In this document: positions 13,141-25,622 of the stretch, piece after piece
How positions within the stretch are numbered: position 1 is the stretch's first letter
Layout: every line of letters starts with the position of its first letter
From: Schmidtea polychroa
Lineage: Eukaryota
Length of the DNA stretch: 64,000 nt
Direction: 5' to 3'
Assembly: GCA_044892525.1 (NCBI GenBank)
Contig: CM097885.1
Coordinates: forward strand, 9,984,001-10,048,000
The notes under the pieces: generated by a model
Seen by the model: only the letters and a program-made list of their open reading frames with translations
The model's database searches: none
What the model was told of the DNA's origin: nothing
Made by a program: the position numbers and the translations under genes

Positions 13141-16100
13141 TATTACGTATTGTAAAAGTGATTTATTGTCTATCAAATGGACTTATGGTACTATATTTGG
13201 CAGCTTATCGGTTGTCACTTCACCCATTCAAAAGCCTAGATGGGTCATTTAAATGCAATGATGACTCATTCTGAATTAACAAAAGTCCTGCTCATTTAAA
13301 TAAAGTCAAAAGTTCGGATATGCGAAAGGACAACATTACCGAGCGATTAAAACAAAAATAATCCGATCCCAGTTGTTCATCAATGAGATTATTAACAGTC
13401 TAATTTCTGTACTTTAAAACTTTAAAAAAATACAAGTTTGTATTTTATTTTTGTATGATCAAGTATTGTTGGGTTAAACTTGCATAGTTTGGCACATATT
13501 TTGCGCAATAATTTCACATTTTTATTCATATAAGACAAAAGTGTTTCACAAATATTTTTATTATTTTATAATTATTTTTTGTTTTTTAGAAGTTACATCT
13601 TTTTTGAATGATTCTTCTATGGAGATGCTTTAGCAACAAATGTTATTGAATGGTATATTTTTTTGATTAGGTAATTTTATGTATATACTTTATAAGTCAC
13701 ATTTTTTAGCATCTTATTTGATTTGGATGCCATCTTTTAATTTAAAATGTTCTTGAAAATAGGAGTATGACGACTCCTTTTCAAAAGAAACCGCAAAGTA
13801 GAATCACATTAAGAAAAAATCACTGGAAAAAGGCAGTGCTGAAAATTCGTGAATATCAAAAAAAACATCATTTCTCATTCATATTCAGTTTTTTAATAAA
13901 TACAATATCAATTGAAATGAAATCAGAGGTGAAAATCGAAAGAAGTTCTTATAAAAATATATTTGAAAGATGTTTTACAATTTTTTCAAAAAACCAAAAT
14001 AAAATTGTTTAAATGTATTTTAGACACTTGATAACAGAAAAATAGAAACTGGTAATAAAACCAGTAACCAGAAGAAAATCAATAAAAACAGACAATTACA
14101 TAAAAGGTCATTCTTAATTATTAAGTACAAGTAAAAAAGCAAAACAAAAAGCAAACAAAATTCAGATTAAAATAAAATGTTGAGAATCAGGAAAAGTTGG
14201 AAGAAACTTGCGTATTGTGGTCAGTAGTCATGTTCTTAGAGTATTTTATTGCTGTATTATTCTTCCCGGAGGGTTGTAATAAGTATTTGAAGCATTTGAG
14301 GTGTGTTGGAAATTGGTATTGTTGAATTCGTTTGTAATCAATTGTGATAATCAATAAACTTTTACGTCGTTTGGATTTGTCATTGTCGTTAATTAATAAT
14401 ACGTTCGGAGTCAGATAAATAATTGACAGTTAATAATCACCGACCAACGACCATATATATACCCAACAAATCTCAGAAAGCTGTTTGATAAAAAAAATTT
14501 TATATTTAAAATGTCAATTTATTTCTTGATATAATAATATAATTTTAAAATGGTTACTTAGTTATTTTTTATTAAAACAAATGTTATTTAAACATGTTAC
14601 ATAAAATCTTGTTAAATCGTTTTAAATAATTATTTAAAATATAATTGCTAAAAAAACAGGAATATATTTATATTTAAATTATTTTATTTTAATTTTGTTT
14701 TAATTTTTATAAATTTTTCATCAGTGTTTAAGGATTTTCTTTTAATTAATTTAAACAAAGTAAAAGGATTATTTTTGAAATAATAATTCTTTAAGGAATA
14801 TGGACAAGACAGAAATTATCTGGTAAAATTAACATTTCCTTCTTCATGACAGAATTGAATATATTTTGATTATTCAAACCATTACCGAGCACTGAAACGA
14901 GAAAATTAGACCGTGACCTGAATAATCACATAGGAAAATGATGAGGAGAATTGAAAATTTTCAAATAAAAAACATCAGTCCACTGATCACGTAGATAAAA
15001 TTTGGAAGGGGGGGGGGCAATGAGAATTGCAAATGACGTTATTGATTTATCAATTAATTCCAAGAGCTCGACATTTTTTTTCAAATCTTCAGTTAAAACA
15101 AAAATATTTTTAATTATTTCTTATAAAAAAGTAAAAATTTTATTTAATAAAACAAAACTTTTTCTAATAACCCGATATTATTATCATTTTATTAATTAGC
15201 CGCCGAAATATGGTTGTATTGTGACCTTGAAATAATAATAATTAACCTTTACATTTAAACACTCGATAATACATAATTTCATGCTTTAAAAAAATTGCGA
15301 AACTTAATTCTTAAACTAGGGTAGACTTTGGTTTTATTTTAATAATTATAACAAACGATGTAGTAAACAATGAGACATTTTTTTGAAGACAAAGTTCGAA
15401 GCATTATCGGATATTGAAGATATGGTTAGTGAATATGAGTACAATTTTATGTTGCTAAAATTGAGAATCAGGACAGCCAGGAAAACGAATTGAGCTATAT
15501 GAAAAGAAATTAAAAGATTAGAACTTGGAGGTCTGTTTAAGAAAGATTGCTAATAGGTTTGGTGGGTACTTATGATGACTCATTTCTTTGGAATATTTCA
15601 TTGTAGTTTAGGAACCCTTTAGATTTGTCACGGTTGATTATTTAAGAAATTCTTTTTTAACCCTTTCAACTCTTGACTTTTTTGTTATGGCATACATGCA
15701 ACTACATATTTACAATTTCAAGCAAACATGGTAGATTTAAATGCGCATTCAAAACACTAGATATATTAGTAAATTAATTTATTTAAACAGAAATAACAAC
15801 AATTATAGATTATAAATATTAGCACCATATAGTCGCTGACTGAGTTACAAAGGAATCTATCATGTTGACATATTAGTCAGCATTAATTGCCTAGGTAGAC
15901 AAGCTGATCTACAAATGACATATATAAGAAGTCTACTGTCTACAATTGGCTAATATAAATCAAAAAAATCCTTTTATTTTAATTCAATTGTTTAATTTTC
16001 CCCAAATTTATTAATTGGAAATTATTCAGATATCAAATTATAAATTGTCGAATGTCACGAATTTATGTCGAATATTATATAAGAAAGTAAATAAAAAAAC

Positions 16101-16914
16101 ATTTTACAAAAATTCAAGATTTTATTTTAAAATGTAAAATTTATTATTCTAATACCTAAACACCAATAAATTGTTCGAGGTTCTCATTTTACAAATAAAT
16201 AACCCATCTTTACCATGAACCACATTTTGGAATCACTTCATTATATATTGTTAGTAACATTTATTTGACAAATGTCATGTATGTCAGAGGTATAAAATAA
16301 TTTTTACATACATTCTACTTTTATCAATGAAAATTCTCCGTGACCTACTTTTCCTAAAATGTCTCGTAAGTTTTTACTTAAAATTACTTAAATATACTAA
16401 ACTGTATTTAGATTATTAGCAATCGATTAAAAATCATCACGTGATCAATGTTATTAATGTACTCCAATTATAATTGTACTCCAACATGTGTGTATTAGTT
16501 TTCTTTCATTTTGTGAATATTTGATGAATATATTGATTGTTGAATTTGAATTTGAAAAGATTTTAAATTCAAAAATTAAATATTTTAATAAATTAAATAA
16601 ATAAAAAATAGAAAAAAAAGATAAAAAAAAGACTGTTCAAATATGAATATTGATTAATTAAAAATCTATTTTATTATTTTGGAAATCGATATTTCATAAA
16701 TTTTGAAATTTAATCTGCCATTCATAAATGGCAATGATGCAATTATAAGAAAGCGCTAATCAAACATTCTTTTCACGATATATTTTGACAGTTTTCTTGT
16801 CATCATCAGGTAACATATAATAACTATATAAATTATATAAAAAATTTGTTTTAATTATTAAATTAATGGTGTAAAAAGTTTTTAACAGATGTCTAACATT
16901 TGAATAATATAAAC

Positions 16915-17090
16915 AGTACAAGCTTTGTGATACCAAGTGCAAATTTCAATAGTAGGCTAGTTTTGAGCTTTTGGCTCTCATCGGTACTATGCTGGAGACG
17001 CGAAGATTTCTCTTCGCACCAGGTAAGTATACAATATTGTTGATTCAGCTTTATTGCATACTTTATCTGGTACACTGGAAATCACATCAC
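16915..17090 (-). repeat. Dispersed repeat family B (Penelope-like end) with a degenerate minimal hammerhead
   Basis: Homologous to 18005-18315 (opposite orientation) and 63373-63718. Hammerhead-like motif at 16949-16990. Confidence 0.75.
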
Positions 17091-18004
17091 TTGTTTTATA
17101 AGGCTTCTTTATAAAAAAACATTCTCAAACATTTTCAATTCAAAATTCACGATATTTCAAAATATTTCAAATTAATAATAATTGAATTACATAAAAATTC
17201 ATATCTCTACAATATTTCACCTGATAGAGAGGAAGAGGCTCAATCAGCAGTTCTGTTTTATTGCGTAAAATTAAACAAAAACATTATAAAATTTTCTCGA
17301 CTTTCAGACTGTTCAAATACGAATATTGATTAATTAAAAATCGATTTTATTATTTTGGAAATCGATATTTCATAAATTTTGAAATTTAATCTGCCATTCA
17401 TAAATAAACAAAATTGATTTTTCTCAGCCAATTATTTCATAATAAAAAAACAAATGTAAGTTTTTACCAATAAATATTAAATATTTTAAATAAATTTTAA
17501 AAAGTTAATTTAATTTTTAAAAATAATTAAATTAAATATTCATAAATTAAATAATAAATAACATTTGATAAAAATAACTTCAAGCCTTTTAAAATTTTAT
17601 TTTATTTTTTAAACTTTTATTACATACAATTGCAAATGTCGACAATTATTCTCTTGAATTAATTTAATACTAAATATGTTTTTAAATAATGTTAAATATA
17701 ACTATTTTATAAATCTTTTCGTCAATATTTACGTAAAATTATATGTAATATTTTTAAAAAATATTTCGGATTTTTGCTACATTTACAAAATAAATTTTAA
17801 AATTTAAATTTTCTGAGCTAAAATTGGGCATGTTTTTGTATTTTGCTTTAAAAAAATGAGAATTCTTACATTGAAATTCTCAATTAATAATGATATAATT
17901 AAAAATTAATTTTATATTAATACAATGGATTATAATTTTTATGCATTTTTATTTTCAACCATAAAATTGAACGAAAGCTGCCTTTAACTTTTTAATTTAT
18001 AAAA

Positions 18005-18315
18005 TAATGGTGTAAAATATTTTTATACACCATATTTTACTTTATTAATTAATCAAATGCACTTGTAAACAATTTCTGTGCATCGACTTATTTTTTAGTT
18101 CGCAAAGGGGAATATGATTTTTTGTACGTCATGTTTACAAGCTTACAGATGTGATTTTCAGTGTACCAGGAAAAGTATGCAATAAAGCTGAATCATCAAT
18201 ATTGTATACTTACCTGGCGCGAAGAGAAATCTTCGCATCTCCTGCATAGTACTGATGAGAGCCAAAACTTCGAAACTATTGGGATTTGCACTGGATATCA
18301 CAAAGCTTGTGCTGT
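18005..18315 (+). repeat. Dispersed repeat family B copy abutting (TAT)n
   Basis: ATAGTA-CTGATGA-GAGC-CAAAA-CTTC-GAAA-CTA at 18246-18278; reverse complement aligns to 63373-63718. Confidence 0.8.
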
Positions 18316-18317
18316 TT

Positions 18318-18485
<168 letters not shown>

Positions 18486-18766
18486 TTAGACGCAATTAAA
18501 TTCAAATCTTCGTCAAGCATTTCTTTTTATAACAACTTCAAAATTGTGCCGTTTACTAGCGTATTTAAACACCGAGGCTTGATAATTATTAATATTAATG
18601 TAATTACTGGTCATACATTTAATTGATTTAATTTAATATAATATGATATAATTTAATATAGAATTTAAATATAAAAATTTAACAGAAATTATTATTTCTA
18701 CTAACTGATCTCACTTCTACCATTTAACCATAATAATTTTATATATAGGTTTACTAACTCCTTACA

Positions 18767-18888
<122 letters not shown>

Positions 18889-19965
18889 AATATTCTTTAT
18901 TTTATTTTTAAATATAAATTGTAAGTAGTGTCATTTATTTCAATACGGGAATTCAATTTTTGAAATCGAGTTTGTTTAAACAAACTTTAACAAACACAAA
19001 TCCTTTTATAGTTGTCTTAATTACAATATTTATTTAAGTTACTTGAATTTAAAATAATCAAAACATAAATGTAAACGCTACATTTGTAAATTAAATGAAA
19101 TTAAATTGATTAAAACAAACAAAAAATTAAATGAAATTTTCTTGTGATTTTAAAACCTGATCTTATATGGTTTCATGTCGAATTTCCAAAAGGTAATAAT
19201 TATAATCCGATATTTCCCTATAAAATACCTAATAATAAAATTCATTTTCTACAAAATAAAATGCGATGAAATATTTCTACAACAAATAATGAAAATGAAA
19301 AAAATTGTCGAGAGTCGTTAAAATTTGAAACTGCGATTAATTGGGAAGTGATTTATAAAGCCATCTCTTTGCTACTAATGAAACGCAACGTTTTTGTGAA
19401 TATTTTATGTCCGTATTATTCTCAATCCGACGTCAACAATTCCTCATTCCCATTAACAATGATCAGTTGATGGTAAATTAAATGTGAAAAGCGAGTAATT
19501 AAAATAATAATATTTCGTTTGTTTCCTCCTTAATTATGATACATTTTATTATAATTTTATAAATAATTAATGATAATATTGTTTACGATAATCACATAAT
19601 AAACAAAATTGATCTATGCCATGTACGACTTGGATTTGCAGGAGGTTTCTCTGATTTCGAGAATTTTTGTTTAACTGAATTATTATTAATATATTACTTT
19701 TTTATATTAATAAATGACTAATATTATTGCAAAAATTATAACAAATAATCCTAATTGTTGGAATTATTTACCCTGCCAGTGCTAGAGAACTAAGGGTAGT
19801 TCATCAAGGAAATTGTTCTTTTTAATTCTGAAATCACTTAAGAACCTTAAAATAGTGTAACATTAAAACAAAATTCATATAATAAATAATCTGTGGCTTT
19901 ATCTATAAAAGAGAAAGCAAAATGTAATTAAACGGACCATGCTTATCAATCGATTAGACCATAAA

Positions 19966-20302
19966 CCAGTGGTTCTCAACCCGTGTTTACGCTTCCAGTG
20001 TTCCGCTAAAAATGACATTTTATATTTAAATATGCATTTAAGATGCATATCATCAAAAACCTCAATTAATTTTTTTATAAGATGATTCAATAAGAAAGCC
20101 GTTACACAGATATATAAACATACAAATATAAAAATGTTTTTTTTTGCTTGTTATTGTTGAGCGTGGTATTTTCTTTGCTTATAAGAAGGCATTGTTTATG
20201 TTTACGACAGATTTATAGTAATTTGTGATTGGTCACTCATTGTGGGCAAGTATTTTTTGTCAGTGTTACGCGTAAAAAAATCATGTGAATGGTGTTCCGC
20301 GC
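19966..20302 (+). mobile_element. Truncated hAT-type MITE
   Basis: CAGTGGTTCTCAACC terminus and repeated GTGTTCCGC subterminal motifs; right TIR not found. Confidence 0.5.
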
Positions 20303-20447
20303 TTTTATATTACTGCCATAAACCATTACATCCATCGTTGGATTTATATTAAAATAGTAAACGTTCAAACTATTGTAAAATATTGCATCTTCTATTTTTG
20401 TTACTTCTATAAGTGCATATAACTCATAACCTCCTGTCCAAATTCAT

Positions 20448-20704
20448 TTACCGGTTCGCCACCATCACCCGTTTCAATAATTTTTTTTTCATATTTATGT
20501 TTAAAAATAAAATAATTAATAAAATAAATAAAATAAAATAAAATAAAATAAAAATAAATAAAATAAAATATAAATCTAAGATACCCACACTATTATTTTC
20601 AAATTTTTAAAAAAAAAAAACTAACCACAGTTAGGATTTGAACCGCTATCCATTTGAACCACGGTGTCGGTCTAGCCCACTGCGCTATCTAGGTTTGGAT
20701 TTTT
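20448..20704. repeat. Outer Polinton left TIR (probably truncated)
   Basis: Near-identical reverse complement of 51039-51304, apart from homopolymer and (AAAAT)n length differences. Confidence 0.92.
20609..20695 (-). ncRNA. tRNA-like Pol III unit 1 (in TIR)
   Basis: A box TAGCGCAGTGG (20687-20677), B box GGTTCAAATCC (20644-20634), T12 terminator; no complete cloverleaf. Confidence 0.7.
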
Positions 20705-20940
20705 CTCATTTTTTAGACTATAAATAATCGATTCAAGTTCTTTAACTCTTTCCTGTAATTGTTTCATTTTCTTCAATCTTATATCAGCAACATCTACAGC
20801 CTTCATATAAAAATGTCGATACTTTTCATTATCTACCATCAACTCTTTGATGTATTCTAATGGTTCTTCTCTCTTCTTTTCATTCTCTTATGTTTAACTT
20901 CATTCAATTCATTTCTCATTCTTTCTTTTAAATCATCCAT
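20672..20940 (-). pseudogene. Small coiled-coil protein of the outer element (~89 aa, one frameshift)
   Basis: MDDLKERMRNELNEVKH / ENEKKREEPLEYIKELM...LQERVKELESII...SAVG* when one base is restored near 20888. Confidence 0.55.
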
Positions 20941-21097
20941 TTTTATAAATATTTTTTTTATTGGATATATTAATTTTTGGTAGTTAAAACGTTTTTGATC
21001 TTAAATTTCCAAGAGTTGCCGTTGACCAATCACCTTAAAAATTTGTACAAGTACTAAATCGAGTATGCTGATCAATATTTCGTTAAAAAAAAATTTG

Positions 21098-21178
21098 AAA
21101 AAAAATGACCGAAATGGGATTTGAACCCATTGGTATTGGCAATGCAGTCGAGTGCTATTACCACTAAGCTATACTCAA
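21098..21178 (-). ncRNA. tRNA-like Pol III unit 2 (5' half resembles tRNA-Cys)
   Basis: GAGTA-TAGCTTAGTGG-TAATAGCACTCGACTGCA...ATGGG-TTCAAAT-CCCAT...T8. Perfect T-arm; anticodon and acceptor stems do not pair. Confidence 0.7.
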
Positions 21179-21331
21179 TATGAAATAAGTTGTTAATGTG
21201 TGACTATTTATTGATGAAATTAATAATTAATTATTCATTTTCTCGACAACTACCACTCAGATCCATCTGAAAATTTAAATATATACTAAAATCAGTACAC
21301 TGAATCAGATTCCGTTGAAAAAAAAATATCG

Positions 21332-21413
21332 AAAAAAATTGACCAAAATCGAAAATTGAACCCGGTACTCCCGGTGATAAAATTGAAGCCTATTCCCACT
21401 CCGCTATAATGGC
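21332..21413 (-). ncRNA. tRNA-like Pol III unit 3
   Basis: A box TAGCGGAGTGG (21406-21396), degenerate B box GGTTCAATTTT, T7 terminator. 3' flank similar to unit 2 at a ~234-bp period. Confidence 0.55.
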
Positions 21414-21469
21414 TTACATAATATATTTAATTAATCCTATTTTGTGTGTGTAAATTTTAATATATAAAA

Positions 21470-22754
21470 ATGAATAATATAAAAATTCAAGAAAAAAATA
21501 AATTAAATCTTGATTATAATAAAGAATTTACTCATGAAATCAAGAAAAACGATGTACTTAAAATCTCCCCAACTTCAGGATCTATTGCAAACTTAAATCG
21601 TAGGGGTGATATAGTTTTTCAATCTCTTCAAACATCAAACCCTATAGATATTTGTAATGCCAAATTATATTATAAAATCGAATCAGAAATTGAAGCAAAC
21701 AAAGATATAACCCTAGAAAATAATTTCTTTCCAAATTTATTCTCCAACATGAGATTAAAACTAGGATCATCAGAAATTGAAACTGTTTTACATCCAGGAG
21801 TATATTCTACAATGTTAAATTTTTTTGACTGGTTGTGATTATAAAAATGAATATGGTGAATTAACAGGCTGGATTCCTGATGTTAATAAAGGAGATTTAG
21901 ATAAAGATGGTTTAGATATAAATTATGGTTACTATAAAAGAGCTGAACTTTATAAATCTAAAAAATTTGAAGGTTATTTTGAATTAAAACACTTGTTTGG
22001 ATTCCTTCAAAACTATAATCGTATACTTCATAATGTTTTTATAGAATTAGTTTGTAATAGAGTAGAAGGTGATAAAAGATTGTTCTATGGAGATAAGGAT
22101 ACAACAGCTAAATTAAAAATATCAACACTTGAATTGCATATACCTGAATGGACATTAAATCCACATTCTGAAATCAAACTCCTTGAAAGATTAAATTCCA
22201 ACAAGTCTATAAATGTAAATTATTTAAATAGAATCTGTAGTGAATTTAGTATGACAGAGGGTTCAACATATTCTATAAAGGTAGCAAATTTAGCATACCG
22301 ACCAAGATATATCTTGATTGGATTCGAAGAAGTAGATTCATCTTTCCAAAAAAATAACAACTTGTTTATTCAAAAGATTGGAGTTGATAATTTAAAAACA
22401 ATCCAAATTCAATTAAATAGTTCTTATTATCCAATAAATAGAATGGAATTTAATATTGAAAATAATGAAAACATATTCCCATATCTAAATTATATTGAAA
22501 CATGTTATGATTTCAAAGTTGAACCGCAATTAAGTTTAGAAGATTTCAAAAATTTATATTCTATATTTTGTATAAATGTTTCAGACCAAGATGATCGCCT
22601 AGCCATAAATAATGTTGATGTTACACTTCATGTAACAAAGGATTCTAATTTTAAAGCTAAAGTATATACATTAATATTAGAAGAAAAGAAAATAGAAATG
22701 AAATTATATGGTGGAAAGATTTCAATAATCGAAAATGTTAGGGGAGATTCTTAA
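21470..22754 (+). pseudogene. Major capsid protein (double jelly-roll) of the outer Polinton, frameshifted
   Basis: ORFs 21470-21838 and 21825-22754 join if one T is removed from T7 at 21820-21826. Motifs NLN..GDI.F, NNF...LFS, IE....PG..STM, RPRYILIGF, LNS.YYP. Confidence 0.88.
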
Positions 22755-22771
22755 TATTTTAACATTTTAAA

Positions 22772-23853
22772 ATGTCTCTCTATTGGAGATGTGAAAGTTG
22801 TAATTGTCAAGTTACAAGACATCATAAAGCAAGTCATCTAAAAACTAAAAAACATATAGGAGGCGACATGATTCCACGAGCCGGAGGCGACCTACAATCT
22901 TCAAAAGTGACATCTTCAATATTAAAACCTTTTACTACAGAAAAATATCCAGGTGAAAGACATTTATTTAAACACAACTATACCGGACCAGGAACAAGAT
23001 TAGATATTAGATTAGATGAAAATAATAATCCCAAACAAGGAGAAGAACCAATAAATAGAATCGACCAAGCAGCTTTAAAACATGATATTGCTTACAATTC
23101 AGAAGATCTTAGAGATAGACATGTTGCAGATGTTAATTTAATACATGATTTAAATAGTATGCAAAATCCATCAACCCAAGAAAAGATTCAAAGAGCTCTA
23201 GTTAAATTAGCAATGAAAGGTAAGATTTTCATAGGTGCTAGTTTACCAAGGATGGCAAAAGATGTTGCTAATAAAAAGATTATTGAACAAGCAGACGCTG
23301 AAAGATCCCTCGAGAATATATCCAAGACTAGTTTATTAACCCCAACAGAATCACAAATAAAATATGCCAACGAATTACACCATGAATTTAGAAAAAATAA
23401 AAAATATTTAAAAGTTCAAGTACATGAAAAAGATCAAACATGGTCTGCAGATTTAGTCTTTATGCCAACCAAATCATCAGACCCTGAAAAATATAAAATA
23501 ATTTTAACTGTAATAGATTTATATACAAGATTTGCCTTTGCAAGGTGTTTAGAAAATAAAACAGGATATTCCATTACAGAAGCATTTGAAAATATATTTG
23601 AAGAACATCAAAGAATTCCAAAATATTTATGGAGTGATAAAGGAACAGAATTTTATAACAAAGTTTTTACAAAGTTTTTAAATGAAAATGATATTAAATT
23701 ATATTCAACAGAAAACGAAGGAAAAGCAGTTGTGGTTGAAAGATTAAATAGAACATTAAAAAATAAAATGTGGAAATATTTTACGGCTATTGGAAAACAA
23801 AAATGGAACAATGAATTGTTACAAAAGATTGTAAATGAATATAATAATGATGT
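22772..23853 (+). pseudogene. Outer integrase, 5' part: zinc finger + parvovirus-like phospholipase A2 domain + retroviral-type DDE core
   Basis: CxxC..H..H; NYTGPGT..IDQAALKHDIAY..RHVAD; WSADL, LWSDKGTEF, VERLNRTLK. Interrupted after YNND by the inner element. Confidence 0.92.
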
Positions 23854-25571
23854 AGTAGTAGGATTGGAGCTCCCCAGATCAGGAGCTCCCCGCATCACAT
23901 ATACCCCCTCCCCCCCCCCCCCCGGGAAAAAAAAATTTTTTTTTTTAATTTTTTGTTTTAATTAATTGGCCTGGCGGGCTCACACTTTTTTTCATCCCAA
24001 AAATTAATGTTCCCACCAACGGATTTTATTGGATGATACCTCATCTTAAAGCCCAGTCCAAGACCTTTCGAATGAGCTATAGGTATCATATATATCTTTA
24101 ATAGTTTTAATGTTATTAACAATTGATGACCACCATCTTTTCAACGTTAAATTATTATTATTTTCCAAAATATTATTAATTGGCCTGGCGGGCTCACACT
24201 TATTTTCATCCCAAAAATTAATGTTCCCACCAACAGATTTTATTGACCGATACCTCATCTTAAAGCCCAGTCCAAGACCTTTCGAATGAGCTATAGGTAT
24301 CATATATATCTTTAATAGTTTTAATGTTATTAACAATTGATGACCACCATCTTTTCAACGTTAAATTATTATTATTTTCCAAAATATTATTAATTGGCCT
24401 GGCGGGCTCACACTTTTTTTCATCCCAAAAATTAATGTTCCCACCAACAGATTTTATTGACCGATACCTCATCTTAAAGCCCAGTCCAAGACCTTTCGAA
24501 TGAGCTATAGGTATCATATATATCTTTAATAGTTTTAATGTTATTAACATTTGATGACCACCATCTTTTCAACGTTAAATTATTATTATTATTCAAAATA
24601 TTATTAATTGGCCGGGCGGGGACATACTTTTTCTCATCCCAAAAATTAATGTTGCCATTATCCGAATTTATTAATCGATAGCTTATTTTGAAGCGTAGTC
24701 TAAGACCTTTCAATTGAGCCATAGAACGTATCATCATCATTAACATCGGCAAAGTTATTAAAGTTTTACCGAGACCATTTTTCAAGGTCATTTATTTTTC
24801 AAAATATTATTTTCAAGGTCAAGGTCAAGGTCATTTATTTTTTCAAGGTCATTTATTTTTTCAAGGTCATTTATTTTTTCAAGGTCATATTTTAAAATTT
24901 AAATGTACAGAGTTCCCGACAACGATAATTATTCAACGATAGCTCATTTTAAAGCCCAATGCAAGACCTTTCGATTGATTCATAGAAGGTATCATCATCA
25001 TTATTATTGACAAAGTTATTAACAATTGATGACCACCATCTTTTCAACGTTAAATTATTATTATTTTCCAAAATATTATTAATTGGCCGGGAGGGCCCCT
25101 ACTCTTTTTCATCCCAAAAATTAATGTTCCCATTATCCGAATTTATTGGACGATACCTCATCTTAAAGCTCAGTCCAAGACCTTTCGAATGAGCCATAGA
25201 AGGTATCATCATCATTAATATTAACAAAGAGAATGACTCACCCAATGACTCACCCAACGATGTCTAATATTTTTAGAACGATGACTCATCAAGGTCATTC
25301 CCAAGGTCATATGACTCATCAAGGTCAAGGTCATTTTTTTTAAATTTAATTTTTTGTTTTAATTAAGTAATCTTTTTATTTTCAAGGTCATTTAATTTTC
25401 AAGGTCATTTAATTTTCAAGGTCATTTAATTTTCAAGGTCATTTAATTTTCAAGGTCATTTAATTTTTCAAGGTCATTTAATTTTCAAGGTCATTTACTT
25501 TTCAAGGTCATTTAATTTTTCAAGATCATTTATTAAAATAATTATTATTTTCTAAGTTTTTAGTTTCTAAG

Positions 25572-25622
<51 letters not shown>

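Noticed and set aside
14150..14470. Repeat shared with ~60130-60290, possibly a retroelement fragment
   Set aside because: Similarity is patchy and no protein family could be identified.
21098..21178. Functional tRNA-Cys gene
   Set aside because: The anticodon and acceptor stems do not pair; kept only as a tRNA-like unit.
23854..23965. C-terminal tail VVGLELPRSG...FCFN of the 397-aa ORF, and ORF 40856-41149
   Set aside because: Read-through into the inner element's TIR, not native protein sequence.
23960..25192. Repeated 61-105 aa ORFs in the TIRs (mirrored at 39825-40775); possible CRISPR-like array
   Set aside because: By-products of a 214-bp tandem unit that is not a multiple of 3. There are no unique spacers or cas genes, and the context is eukaryotic.
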